Assembly: GCA_020637435.1 (NCBI GenBank)
Contig: JACJVW010000001.1
Coordinates: 433,060-497,059 of the forward strand
Length of the DNA stretch: 64,000 nt
From: Candidatus Woesearchaeota archaeon
GTDB taxonomy: Archaea > Nanobdellota > Nanobdellia > Woesearchaeales > JACJVW01
Reading direction: 5' to 3'
Notes under the pieces: model-generated
Databases searched by the model: none
Told to the model about the DNA's origin: nothing
What the model saw: only the letters and a program-made list of their open reading frames with translations
Position numbers and translations under genes: made by a program
Part shown: positions 38,150 to 47,008 of the stretch, one piece after another
Layout of the letters: every line of letters starts with the position of its first letter
Position numbering within the stretch: position 1 is the stretch's first letter

Positions 38150-38177
38150 ATGATACGGTGATGACAGAACCATACGC

Positions 38178-38714
38178 TCAATCCGAAGAGAAATATCCTG
38201 CCAGGACTTCTCCAAAGTGCACACAGTTACGCAGCGGGATACTATAATGATCACGCTCCACCAGTGTAGGTGGAAGATCCTTAAGCGATGAACGAAGGAC
38301 CATAGGATCATACACATCAGGCAGCATAAAACTATACCGTTCAGCAGTTTTCTTGACATCAACAGTCCGTTGAGGAGTTATGCTGCATATTTCATCGATA
38401 AATCCTACCGTGATCTCATCCCCTTTTCTAAACGCATAATCTGCGTGAACTCCCAAACCCTCCGAGTAGGAAAAGCGCCCGAACACAGCAAGATCATCAG
38501 TCCATGCAAGATCGCCAAAATAGGGATTCACCAATCGGTCAAGCATACTAAGCCTCAGATAGGAAAATTCTCCGTCTGTTTGCGGCAGATCAAGATGTGA
38601 CAGTATACTGCCCACTTCAGGTTGAGTTGCGGTGATAGTGAATACATGGTTTTCCCCTGGTAAAAAACGTGTCTGAATAGCAGAAATTACTTTGTCTAAA
38701 GGTTGTTTCTTCAT
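38178..38714 (-). CDS. Hypothetical protein (178 aa)
   Basis: Clean ORF between flanking genes. No motif recognised. Confidence 0.4.
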   Translation of the reverse strand: MKKQPLDKVISAIQTRFLPGENHVFTITATQPEVGSILSHLDLPQTDGEFSYLRLSMLDRLVNPYFGDLAWTDDLAVFGRFSYSEGLGVHADYAFRKGDEITVGFIDEICSITPQRTVDVKKTAERYSFMLPDVYDPMVLRSSLKDLPPTLVERDHYSIPLRNCVHFGEVLAGYFSSD

Positions 38715-38758
38715 ATTGCCAAGAAAGAACTAAGTTGTACTTATAAAAATAAATGAAT

Positions 38759-39022
38759 TTAGATAATATCTTCTTCGCTAATTACCATGAAGTCGCCCAT
38801 AGCGATAACAGCACTGAATGGGATCAGTACATTTCCTTCCTTATCCTTCTCCAGTTCAAGCTTGTCCGCATACTGAGTCGGATTTGTAAGTACGATATGG
38901 ATCAGTTCACCAGAGCGAGTCTCGAAGATAACATCTCCTACCTCACCGAACCGTTTACCTGCCTTGCTGACCACCGTTTTTCCGATGATCTGCTTCGAGA
39001 ATTTCTTATCATCATCAGCCAT
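38759..39022 (-). CDS. PRC-barrel domain protein (about 87 aa from Met at 39022; the track ORF extends to 39145)
   Basis: KQIIGKTVVSKAGKRFGEVGDVIFETRSGELIHIVL...GNVLIPFSAVIAMGDFMVISEE is a typical PRC-barrel. The N-terminal 40 aa of the longer ORF are Cys/Ser-rich and unlikely to be coding. Confidence 0.5.
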   Translation of the reverse strand: MADDDKKFSKQIIGKTVVSKAGKRFGEVGDVIFETRSGELIHIVLTNPTQYADKLELEKDKEGNVLIPFSAVIAMGDFMVISEEDII

Positions 39023-39304
39023 AAATATCCTCTCCGGAGATATACCCCTACTGAAACAGGACAAGCCTATCCCGTATTTAAAGGTTACGTTTGCCCCATA
39101 AGAAAGAAATCCAGCCAGGAGGCAGGATGTACGACAATAAGACAATATTCATTCGTTCGCTAATGGGATCCACAGCGAGACTTTCGGACACTGTTAAACG
39201 ACTGAAGATTGTGAGCATCCTGCCGCCAAAAACCAGATGAACCAATATCTCAACCCTGCCACCCTTTGACAACAATTATAACCCCTCCCCACTTTTTCCA
39301 AACT

Positions 39305-39847
39305 ATGAAAATCGCAATTATCTCAGACATCCATGATAACCGTCATAATCTCTTCAAGGCCTTCGGCATCATGAAGAAGGAACGATGCGACGAACTCATC
39401 TGCCTCGGAGACATGGGTTCAGGCTACATTCCAAAATGCTTTGCAGAACTCACCATCCCGGTCTTCGGAATATGGGGTAACAACGACGGCGAGAAATTTA
39501 AGACCATGCAGGCCACCTGCAACACCCGATTCGACATGGCTGAAGCGACATACGGGGACATCACCAGAGACAGCCGAAGGCTCTTCCTCACCCACTATCC
39601 TGACCTCATAGAACCCACTGCAAAGAGTGGCCTCTATGATGCCGTCTTCTATGGCCACACCCACCTCTTCAAAGAAGAGCAGGTGGGCAACACCCTCGTT
39701 GTCAACCCAGGAGAGCTTGCAGCAGCAAGAACAGGTAAAGCCACCTTCGTCATCTACAACACCTCAACAAACACCATAGAAAAAAAAGAGATTCACGATG
39801 CACTCAGCATGCGCACTGAGTACATTGAACAGGTTAAAAAAAATTGA
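39305..39847 (+). CDS. Calcineurin-like metallophosphoesterase (YfcE/MJ0936 family), about 180 aa
   Basis: MKIAIISDIHDN, CLGDMGS, GNNDGE and YGHTH are the four metal-ligand motifs. The start is taken at Met 39305 rather than the upstream in-frame Met. Confidence 0.75.
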   Translation: MKIAIISDIHDNRHNLFKAFGIMKKERCDELICLGDMGSGYIPKCFAELTIPVFGIWGNNDGEKFKTMQATCNTRFDMAEATYGDITRDSRRLFLTHYPDLIEPTAKSGLYDAVFYGHTHLFKEEQVGNTLVVNPGELAAARTGKATFVIYNTSTNTIEKKEIHDALSMRTEYIEQVKKN

Positions 39848-42523
39848 TCAACGAAGCTCGGCAATGATGTCGCCTAACTTCTCGAAGCCTTGGCCAAATG
39901 CGGTCCAGTTACCGCTTCGCATTGCTGCAAGCACCTCGTCATAGTATGCGTTCGCAAGCTCACCAAGGTTCTCGCTGCCGTCAAGCACAACTTTGCTTTC
40001 CGTCTTTCTCTGAGTACCAAACAGCACAGACAACGCCTCATCAAGCGTCTCTTCCATGACTACCTGCTCACCATCAGACACAATGACCCGTTTCAATTGC
40101 GGAAGTTCACCTGTTACAGCTTCTATATACAAAGGCTCAATATAGATTAGACTATTGCCTATAGGTATGACCAACAGATTACCACGTGTGACCGAAGAAC
40201 CCTGCTGTGACCAGAGTGTGAGCTGCTGGCTTATCTCAGAATCCTGGTCGATCATCGCTTCGATCTGCAAAGGACCATACACCAGCGTATCCTTGGGGAA
40301 TTGATATAGGATAAGCTCACCGTACGCATCTCCATCATTCCTTCCAGCGAACCATGCGACCATATTGTCCTTGCGGATAGGCGTAAACGTGGACATGATG
40401 ACGAACTCTTCTGCATCCTCACCAGGAAGTTGCATGATGACATAGTACGGGTCTACACGGACTTCTTTACCTGTGCCGTAGATCTCAGTAGGGATCTCCC
40501 ATGCATCCTCTTTATTGTAGAAAACTTTGGGATCCTCCATATGATAGATGGTGTACACTGACCTTTGGATATTGAAGAGGTCTTCAGGATATCGCAGATG
40601 TGCTCGAAGCCCCTCATCCATCTGGCTCATAGGTTTAAACAAGCCGGGGAAGATGCTCTTATACGTCTGCAGGATTGGGTCAGATTCGTCGATGACATAA
40701 TAATCAACAGTACCGTCATAGGCATTGATCACTACCTTGACAGGATTTCGGATATAATTTATCGTGTTGATCTTCTCAGAGTAAGGGAACGCTCCGCTTG
40801 TCGTAAATCCGTCAAGTACCCAGTAGAGATGGCCGTCTTCCAGGACCATATAGGGGTCGCTGTCAAACTCAAGGAACGGTGTGAGTTTCTGTACCCGGTC
40901 TGTGATGCTTCGGAAATACATGATCTTGCTCTCATCCGTCACATCAGAGGTGAGCAGCACTTTAAGGTCTCTGAAATAGATGGCATAGATGAGTTTCTTG
41001 CCAAAGCTATCCAGAGTTACACCGCCTTTTCCGTCATACTGCACATACTCATTCGAGTTTCCTTTTGGAAAGTCAAATTCAGGTGTTCCTGTGTTCACCA
41101 GCACGTATGAATCCTGCCGTTCACCATAGTAGATACGTGGCTGTTCGACTGCAAGTTCCTCGTGCTTTGAGATAGGCGGAATATCCTTGATCAGATAATT
41201 AGGTAAACCTTCTTTCGTAACTTCGTTAACAGGGCTCATCACGATACCAAAACCATGCGTATACACCATATGCAAGTTAACCCACGTCTGCGCGTTGGAG
41301 GTTATCTGAGCCTGGTCAAGTTCACGCGGAGCGATCATGACCTGTGTGTACTTCTCATCGATAGTATACCGATCGATATCGATACCGCTCAGGTCGTAGT
41401 ATAGTCGTATCTCCTGCGTCTGCTTATAAGTCTGCGTCAGGGGACGCCAGTCAAGAAGGCGGACATTGTCTATAGTATTTTTTGCGCCATCGATGTCATC
41501 CTTAAGCGCAAGATCAAGTGAAGGGATCTCCTCAACCTTCACATCATCAAGTCCATAAGCCTCTTTTGTGAACTCAATATTGTGCTTCAAGTAGGGCTCC
41601 TCAAGATTAATCTCGTTCGGACTCACCCGCACCGCCTGGAACACGCCTTTGATAAGTGTAGGTCCGATAAGTCCAACGAGTAAATAAGCGATAAGCACGA
41701 AAGCGAAAACATGTCGTTTCTGGATCTTCTGCTTTTTCACAAAAGTCCAGAAGAAGACCATTATTCCTGATGCGACAGCCAGTCCGATAAGCACCTTGAG
41801 CAAAGGGAAGAGGACGACGATATCACTGTAACCTGGACCGACAAAAAGCCCCTCATCCAAGTACATGACAGTAAATATGGAAAGGTAGTGCTTAAACCCA
41901 AGCAGGCCAAAAAGGAATAGCGCAAGAACACCCATATGGTGAAGTGCGCTGCTCTTAAGCAAAGACACCATATACGCGAAACTAAGATTTGGCCCCTCTT
42001 CGCCGTACTGCTGCTGCATCACTGACGTGATGAAAGATTGAAGATATTCGAAAAGCACGACGATTGCAGTCACGATGATCGCTGCCACTGCGAATTCCCA
42101 GATGAATTGCAGATAAGGCAACGTGAAGAAGTAAAATGAGATATCTTTGTTGAAGATTGGATCATTCATACCATAAGGTACCTGATGGACAAACTCCTGG
42201 ACCGTTAGCCAGTTGCCAAACGCGAGCATGCCAAACGCCAAACCGAACAGTGCCACGATGCCGAACTTGACTGCAAGAGGTATGCGCGAACGACGTACCC
42301 CTCCAATCCTGTGGGCTATGTACAGATTGATCGCCGCAAAGACGAAGAACACCGCAAAACCTTGGAGGAACAGCGATACCTTTGTTGTCAGTAACGTCAT
42401 GAAAACGCTCTCATAACCAAGAGCGGTAAACCAATGATAGTGGACCAGTACGGGCACTACGACGAACAATGCTATAAGTAGCGTTCCAAGTATGATGTAG
42501 TTCAATATTCTGCCGGCATTCAT
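39848..42523 (-). CDS. UPF0182-family large membrane protein (891 aa; N-terminal multi-TM region plus a large extracytoplasmic domain)
   Basis: The size, 7 or more N-terminal TM helices, and the FTALGYESVF motif near the first helices are typical of COG1615/UPF0182. Confidence 0.6.
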   Translation of the reverse strand: MNAGRILNYIILGTLLIALFVVVPVLVHYHWFTALGYESVFMTLLTTKVSLFLQGFAVFFVFAAINLYIAHRIGGVRRSRIPLAVKFGIVALFGLAFGMLAFGNWLTVQEFVHQVPYGMNDPIFNKDISFYFFTLPYLQFIWEFAVAAIIVTAIVVLFEYLQSFITSVMQQQYGEEGPNLSFAYMVSLLKSSALHHMGVLALFLFGLLGFKHYLSIFTVMYLDEGLFVGPGYSDIVVLFPLLKVLIGLAVASGIMVFFWTFVKKQKIQKRHVFAFVLIAYLLVGLIGPTLIKGVFQAVRVSPNEINLEEPYLKHNIEFTKEAYGLDDVKVEEIPSLDLALKDDIDGAKNTIDNVRLLDWRPLTQTYKQTQEIRLYYDLSGIDIDRYTIDEKYTQVMIAPRELDQAQITSNAQTWVNLHMVYTHGFGIVMSPVNEVTKEGLPNYLIKDIPPISKHEELAVEQPRIYYGERQDSYVLVNTGTPEFDFPKGNSNEYVQYDGKGGVTLDSFGKKLIYAIYFRDLKVLLTSDVTDESKIMYFRSITDRVQKLTPFLEFDSDPYMVLEDGHLYWVLDGFTTSGAFPYSEKINTINYIRNPVKVVINAYDGTVDYYVIDESDPILQTYKSIFPGLFKPMSQMDEGLRAHLRYPEDLFNIQRSVYTIYHMEDPKVFYNKEDAWEIPTEIYGTGKEVRVDPYYVIMQLPGEDAEEFVIMSTFTPIRKDNMVAWFAGRNDGDAYGELILYQFPKDTLVYGPLQIEAMIDQDSEISQQLTLWSQQGSSVTRGNLLVIPIGNSLIYIEPLYIEAVTGELPQLKRVIVSDGEQVVMEETLDEALSVLFGTQRKTESKVVLDGSENLGELANAYYDEVLAAMRSGNWTAFGQGFEKLGDIIAELR

Positions 42524-42622
42524 AGAAATATGTGAAATCCAGACCAGCTATAAATCTTATTAAAAATGACAGCTGCACATGTTAACAGTTCCAGAAATAA
42601 TAGGATAATCGCTCAGTAACCT

Positions 42623-42630
42623 TTAAATAA
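42623..42630 (+). promoter_or_regulatory. TATA box (tttaaata) about 27 nt upstream of the PAN ATG
   Basis: ccTTTAAATAactcc, with the ATG at 42653. Confidence 0.5.
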
Positions 42631-42652
42631 CTCCAAGATTTTTCACAAGGCC

Positions 42653-43798
42653 ATGACCACCAAAGATTCTGAGAAAGTCGATAACATCATCTACAGTTAT
42701 GCGACTGACATCTCACAGCTGGAAGAAGAGAATCGCATCCTAAAAGAGACCCTTGAAAGTATGAAGAGTGAACTCTCCAGGCTAAAAAGGACACCGCTTA
42801 TGGTATGCGAGGTTAAAGAGCTTCTTGGCCAGCAGGCGATCATCAGGATCCCGAACGGTAATTCATTCTTCGTGGAGGTTTCTGAAGAGTGTGATAATCT
42901 TACAGTGGGAGACACCGTCCTTACTGAACAGAAAAATCTCACCATCCTAAAGAAGATCAATGCGACAAAGAATTTCGATGTCGACAAATTTGTTATCATC
43001 GACAAACCCGACATTGACTGGAAAGATATAGGTGGTCTTTCAGACAAAGTCGATCAGATAAAAGAAGTCATCGAGCTTCCACTTAAGAAACCGAAACTAC
43101 TCGAAAAAGTAGGTATCAAACCACCAAAAGGTATCCTTCTTTATGGACCTCCCGGAACAGGTAAGACATTACTTGCTAAAGCAGTTGCAAAAAGCACAAA
43201 CGCAACCTTCATCCAGATTGTAGGTTCAGAGCTTGTGCAGAAATTCATAGGAGAAGGAGCTAAGCTCGTCAAAGAGATTTTCCAGCTAGCAAAAGAGAAT
43301 GCGCCATCCATCATCTTCATCGATGAGATAGACGCGCTTGCAGCTACTCGTATGGACATCGGCACATCTGGTGAACGTGAAGTCCAGCGAACCTTCATGC
43401 AGCTCCTTGCCGAGATAGACGGCTTCAAGAGTTTAAGCAACGTCAAGATAATTGGTTGCACCAACCGAAAAGACATCCTGGATCCAGCCATAACCAGGCC
43501 AGGAAGACTTGATCGACTTATCCATGTACCAAATCCTGATTTAGGCGGTGTAAGGGAGATTTTCAAGATCCATACCAAATCCATGAATACTGACATCAAA
43601 AACCTCGACAAGATAGTCAAGAACATGGAGGGATTCTCTGGCGCCGAGATCCACGCAGTCTGCACTGAAGCAGGTTACTGTGCCATCCGCGACAATCGTA
43701 CCAAAGTCAGCAACAAAGACTTCCTTGATGCCATCCAAAAGATAAAAGACATGGAAGCTACTGAGGACTCCCAAGACTATCTGTCTATCTTTGGATAA
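42653..43798 (+). CDS. pan: Proteasome-activating nucleotidase (AAA+ ATPase, Rpt-like)
   Basis: N-terminal coiled coil, OB-fold segment, Walker A GILLYGPPGTGKTLLAKAVA, Walker B IIFIDEIDA and second region of homology. Total 381 aa. Confidence 0.85.
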   Translation: MTTKDSEKVDNIIYSYATDISQLEEENRILKETLESMKSELSRLKRTPLMVCEVKELLGQQAIIRIPNGNSFFVEVSEECDNLTVGDTVLTEQKNLTILKKINATKNFDVDKFVIIDKPDIDWKDIGGLSDKVDQIKEVIELPLKKPKLLEKVGIKPPKGILLYGPPGTGKTLLAKAVAKSTNATFIQIVGSELVQKFIGEGAKLVKEIFQLAKENAPSIIFIDEIDALAATRMDIGTSGEREVQRTFMQLLAEIDGFKSLSNVKIIGCTNRKDILDPAITRPGRLDRLIHVPNPDLGGVREIFKIHTKSMNTDIKNLDKIVKNMEGFSGAEIHAVCTEAGYCAIRDNRTKVSNKDFLDAIQKIKDMEATEDSQDYLSIFG

Positions 43799-44006
43799 AC
43801 CTTAGGAATACATTAAAATTCTTTCAAAAGAAGTGCACTCGGCAGTTACTTCCGTTTATCATCTCCAGTTGTCGTGGATCAGCGGGTGTTCACTTCCTCA
43901 TCGTGCATAACCCGATAAGTTATACGTATTTATAATTGTATTCTTCCAGGCAGTTTCCAAAAAAACATCATCCTAAGACCTTCTCACCCAGAATCCAATA
44001 GCAAAG

Positions 44007-44014
44007 TTTATAAA
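44007..44014 (+). promoter_or_regulatory. TATA box (tttataaa) upstream of the archaellin gene
   Basis: aaagTTTATAAActagg. A gagaggtga Shine-Dalgarno-like element lies at 44056-44064. Confidence 0.5.
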
Positions 44015-44015
44015 C

Positions 44016-44027
44016 TAGGAATTCCGA
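44016..44027 (+). repeat. 12-nt direct repeat TAGGAATTCCGA, copy 1 (copy 2 at 44991-45002), flanking the archaellin and small-membrane-protein cassette
   Basis: Exact 12-mer with a GAATTC palindromic core found twice, 975 bp apart. The chance expectation in 64 kb is about 0.004. Confidence 0.6.
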
Positions 44028-44052
44028 ATCAGTAACGGGGAATTTCACGAGT

Positions 44053-44676
44053 GTGAGAGGTGAATCTATTTTGAATAAAAAAGCAGAAATGGGTATAGGT
44101 ACCTTGATTATATTTATCGCATTACTTCTGGTAGCAGCAGTCGCCGCTGGCGTCCTTATACAGACAACAGGATCTATGCAGGAAAAAGCATTGACGACCG
44201 GTGATCAGGCCAAAGCGCAGATAGCTACCAACGCATTGACAATAGAAGTCTCCGCGACTGATGGACAATCCGGTGAACTAAGTTATTTCACCCAAATCAT
44301 GAAACTTGCGCCCGGTTCAGACGAGATCAAACTTGACCAGGCTATCCTGACCGTAAGTACATACACAAGATCAGCAACGCTAACCTATGCAGGAGCTGGT
44401 GCTTTGTTGGAGAGAAACACAAGTGACGGTTTCTACACAAATGGTACTGCAGGAAAAGGTAATTATTCTGTAGAATACCTGCAACAAGGCAACAACTGGA
44501 TTGAAGGCAACCTCCAAAGAGGAGATGTTATCAAGATATACTTCGAAGCCCCAGTCAATGTTAGTGAAGACGAAAAGGTAAGGATAAACTTCATTCCAAA
44601 AATCGGAACACCTACACTTACTGAGTTCATAACCCCAGAGGTTATCTCAACTGAAAGAGTGTATCTGTACCCGTAA
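44053..44676 (+). CDS. flaB: Archaellin (archaeal flagellin FlaB-like) with a class III (type IV pilin-like) signal peptide; alternative TTG start at 44071
   Basis: KAEMGIGTLIIFIALLLVAAVAAGVLIQT matches the archaellin N-terminal consensus ([26 protein letters not shown]). The track start at 44053 is GTG. The TTG at 44071 follows the RBS more closely. Confidence 0.8.
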   Translation: MRGESILNKKAEMGIGTLIIFIALLLVAAVAAGVLIQTTGSMQEKALTTGDQAKAQIATNALTIEVSATDGQSGELSYFTQIMKLAPGSDEIKLDQAILTVSTYTRSATLTYAGAGALLERNTSDGFYTNGTAGKGNYSVEYLQQGNNWIEGNLQRGDVIKIYFEAPVNVSEDEKVRINFIPKIGTPTLTEFITPEVISTERVYLYP

Positions 44677-44691
44677 AAAGAGGTGTAATAC

Positions 44692-44907
44692 ATGGCAACA
44701 AGGGTAAAATCTCACGTGCTTGAGAAGATTATTTCAGCCATGATGATTGTCTTTGGTATTTCAGCCATAGTCATTTTTGGAGTAAACTTCGGTAGTCCGA
44801 ACGTGAACCCTGGAGAACTGGCTATCATCGAGATACTGCTCATCATCGTGCTCGCAATTCTCGCACAGACCGTAATCCTCATCAGGATCTACGACAAACA
44901 GGCATAA
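44692..44907 (+). CDS. Small two-TM membrane protein (71 aa)
   Basis: Two hydrophobic helices (IISAMMIVFGISAIVIFGV and LAIIEILLIIVLAILAQTVILI). The ORF follows archaellin after 15 nt. Confidence 0.45.
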   Translation: MATRVKSHVLEKIISAMMIVFGISAIVIFGVNFGSPNVNPGELAIIEILLIIVLAILAQTVILIRIYDKQA

Positions 44908-44990
44908 GCCTTTATTTTTTCATATACTTCTTATTTGGTTCACTAGACTACACATCAAGAAGCGAACCCATCAACAGAATCATGTAGATG

Positions 44991-45002
44991 TAGGAATTCC
45001 GA
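44991..45002 (+). repeat. 12-nt direct repeat TAGGAATTCCGA, copy 2
   Basis: See copy 1 at 44016-44027. Confidence 0.6.
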
Positions 45003-45380
45003 CAATGTGCGGACCCACAAACACAACATAAAGACCACCAGTACAATTCAAGAACCACACCCTAATGACCTCCACCTTTCCAAAAAAGATATCTTTCTGT
45101 CAAAGGCATAGATCTATAGAATAATCAGAATTAAAGCGAGACGACAAAGTCCTATTGCCAGCTTGAACCGACCATTGATCTTGATTAAAAAAAGCATACA
45201 TTTGGGGTAATTAATAGTGCAAGGACACACTGATTTTAGTAAGCAATAGAGATACAATAGAAAAAGCTCCTTAAAGGTAATTTGTGCTGAAGAAATAATT
45301 TATGATGAGTACGTTCAGGCAATGAGATACTGAAGACATCTTATGTCAAAAAGAAGTAGAAAAAAAGGGTTTAAAAAAAT

Positions 45381-46100
45381 TTATTCAATAGCTAGGAAAA
45401 CCCAGTACTGCCTGACTCCGCCATTAGAGGTAGGAACCATGACCTGATAGTCGACGGTTTCACCATTGAAGGAAGTCTTTCCAGACTGATTGATGAACCC
45501 TACATACACAACTGCGCTTGCAGTATAGGTAAGTGCTGTGTCCCAGTCAGCCTGAGCGGATTCATTGTTAGTCTGTACAGCCCAGGTTGCGCCTGAAGCG
45601 ATTCCAGCTGCGTGACCTGTGAAGTTGATCACTGGGTGAGCAGGAGCTGCGGAGAAAGTCTCAGTGATATTATCACTTGCAGCGCCAAGTCCAAGCTGGT
45701 TGTTTTCCTGCTGTAGCTGTGCTACGTTGGAATCTAGACCGTCTAGTGTTGGCCATGCCACAGTCGACTCATTAGAGAAGAATATGTGACCGGTCACAGT
45801 ATTGTCTGGGCTCCAGGTATAAGCTGCATTTGATGATGCATCCTGAAGGACTAGATTTCCTGACACGCTTCCGTAGAAGATCTGCCAGTTGTCTGTCTGT
45901 AGCGGAGCAGTAGCGTTTAGGTAAGTAAAGTTACCGCCGCTTGCGTTCACTCCTGTAGCTGCTGTTGCACCGCCTGTATAAGTTTCACCTGGACCTATGG
46001 TCAGAGTAGCTCCGTCAGGTGTTCCGGGCGCAGCAAATACACTCATAGCTGCAACCAGAAGTGCGACGGCCACCAAAGTTAATTCTTTTGCAAATCTCAT
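45381..46100 (-). CDS. Secreted or cell-surface protein (about 240 aa) with a signal peptide and many N-glycosylation sequons
   Basis: From Met 46100: MRFAKELTLVAVALLVAAMSVFAAPG signal peptide, then a Thr/Gly/Asn-rich domain with 8 or more N-x-S/T sites. The 25 codons upstream in the track ORF are unlikely to be coding. Confidence 0.55.
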   Translation of the reverse strand: MRFAKELTLVAVALLVAAMSVFAAPGTPDGATLTIGPGETYTGGATAATGVNASGGNFTYLNATAPLQTDNWQIFYGSVSGNLVLQDASSNAAYTWSPDNTVTGHIFFSNESTVAWPTLDGLDSNVAQLQQENNQLGLGAASDNITETFSAAPAHPVINFTGHAAGIASGATWAVQTNNESAQADWDTALTYTASAVVYVGFINQSGKTSFNGETVDYQVMVPTSNGGVRQYWVFLAIE

Positions 46101-46189
46101 GATGTTACACCTCTTCATATACGATTTTATTAATATCACCATAAAGGTATTTAGTATCCTTTTATGTATACTCATATATAAATGTTTCC

Positions 46190-46440
46190 CATCCCCCCTC
46201 TTATTACCGGTTATACTAAATTTTTAGTAATTATAGTTAATTTCATGTGTTAATCATTATTTATTTACTTTTTTAGTAAATATAATACAATATAATTTTT
46301 TCTTCCTTTTATTTTATATTTATAGTATAATTAATTATAGAGAATTTCAAAACAATCTAGAAAACCAATAACATAACTTTATAAAGTAACAAATCAAAAT
46401 TTTCCATAGTTTATTTCATTTTTTTTAGTAATTTACGAAG
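46190..46440. promoter_or_regulatory. Extremely AT-rich ~250-bp intergenic region with 3 copies of TTTTTAGTAA, upstream of the recombinase-like gene and giant gene 2
   Basis: aaaTTTTTAGTAAtta, ctTTTTTAGTAAata and tttTTTTTAGTAAttta lie in a region estimated by eye at over 80% A+T. Confidence 0.5.
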
Positions 46441-46450
46441 AGCTGTACGG

Positions 46451-47008
46451 ATGGGAGAAATCAGCTACCTGGAAGAAGCTACAATAAAGAGAGTCATAAC
46501 TAGTGTCCAGAACTCCCGCGACCAGCTGATGATACTCCTTCTCTACGAACTTGGATGCAGCCTCAAGGAATTGCTCAACATCAGGCTCAGAGACATTGAT
46601 CTTGAAAAAGAACAGATTTCTATCACTTCCACATCCGGTACGAGCAGACAAGTCAGAGACAGCCTGATTAGCGCTCCCACAAAGGAACGTATAAGAAACT
46701 ATATAAACGCCAATAACCTTGAAAATCGTAAGACCGCATACCTGTTTACATCCTCCCACAACAGGCAGATGACCTTGCGAAGAGCGACCCAGATTCTCTC
46801 TTCTTCATTGGAATCACAGGGCTTAGGAGACCTTAGTCCGCAAGTGATAAAATATTCACATATTGTGAACGCCTACCGGAGAAATGTACCCATCAGTCTT
46901 ATAAGAGAACAGGTAGGTCTGACCAAAGAAAGACTCATTTCGATCCTATTGAGTATTGATGAGCCGAACGTCGGTTCGTACAAAGAGTTCCTGGAGGGGG
47001 TGCTCTGA
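46451..47008 (+). CDS. Tyrosine-recombinase (phage-integrase family) catalytic-domain-only protein, 185 aa, without a core-binding N-domain. The canonical C-terminal Tyr is not at the expected spacing
   Basis: Colinear with the XerC/D catalytic domain: RDQLMILLLYELGCSLKELLNIRLRDIDLEKEQISI (Arg-I region), KTAYLFTSSHNRQMTLRRATQIL, and LSPQVIKYSHIVNAYRR (HxxR region, with K in place of the first R). In LGHxxxxTTxxYTH the Tyr is replaced by LISILLSI. The stop overlaps the ATG of giant gene 2 by 1 nt. Confidence 0.55.
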   Translation: MGEISYLEEATIKRVITSVQNSRDQLMILLLYELGCSLKELLNIRLRDIDLEKEQISITSTSGTSRQVRDSLISAPTKERIRNYINANNLENRKTAYLFTSSHNRQMTLRRATQILSSSLESQGLGDLSPQVIKYSHIVNAYRRNVPISLIREQVGLTKERLISILLSIDEPNVGSYKEFLEGVL

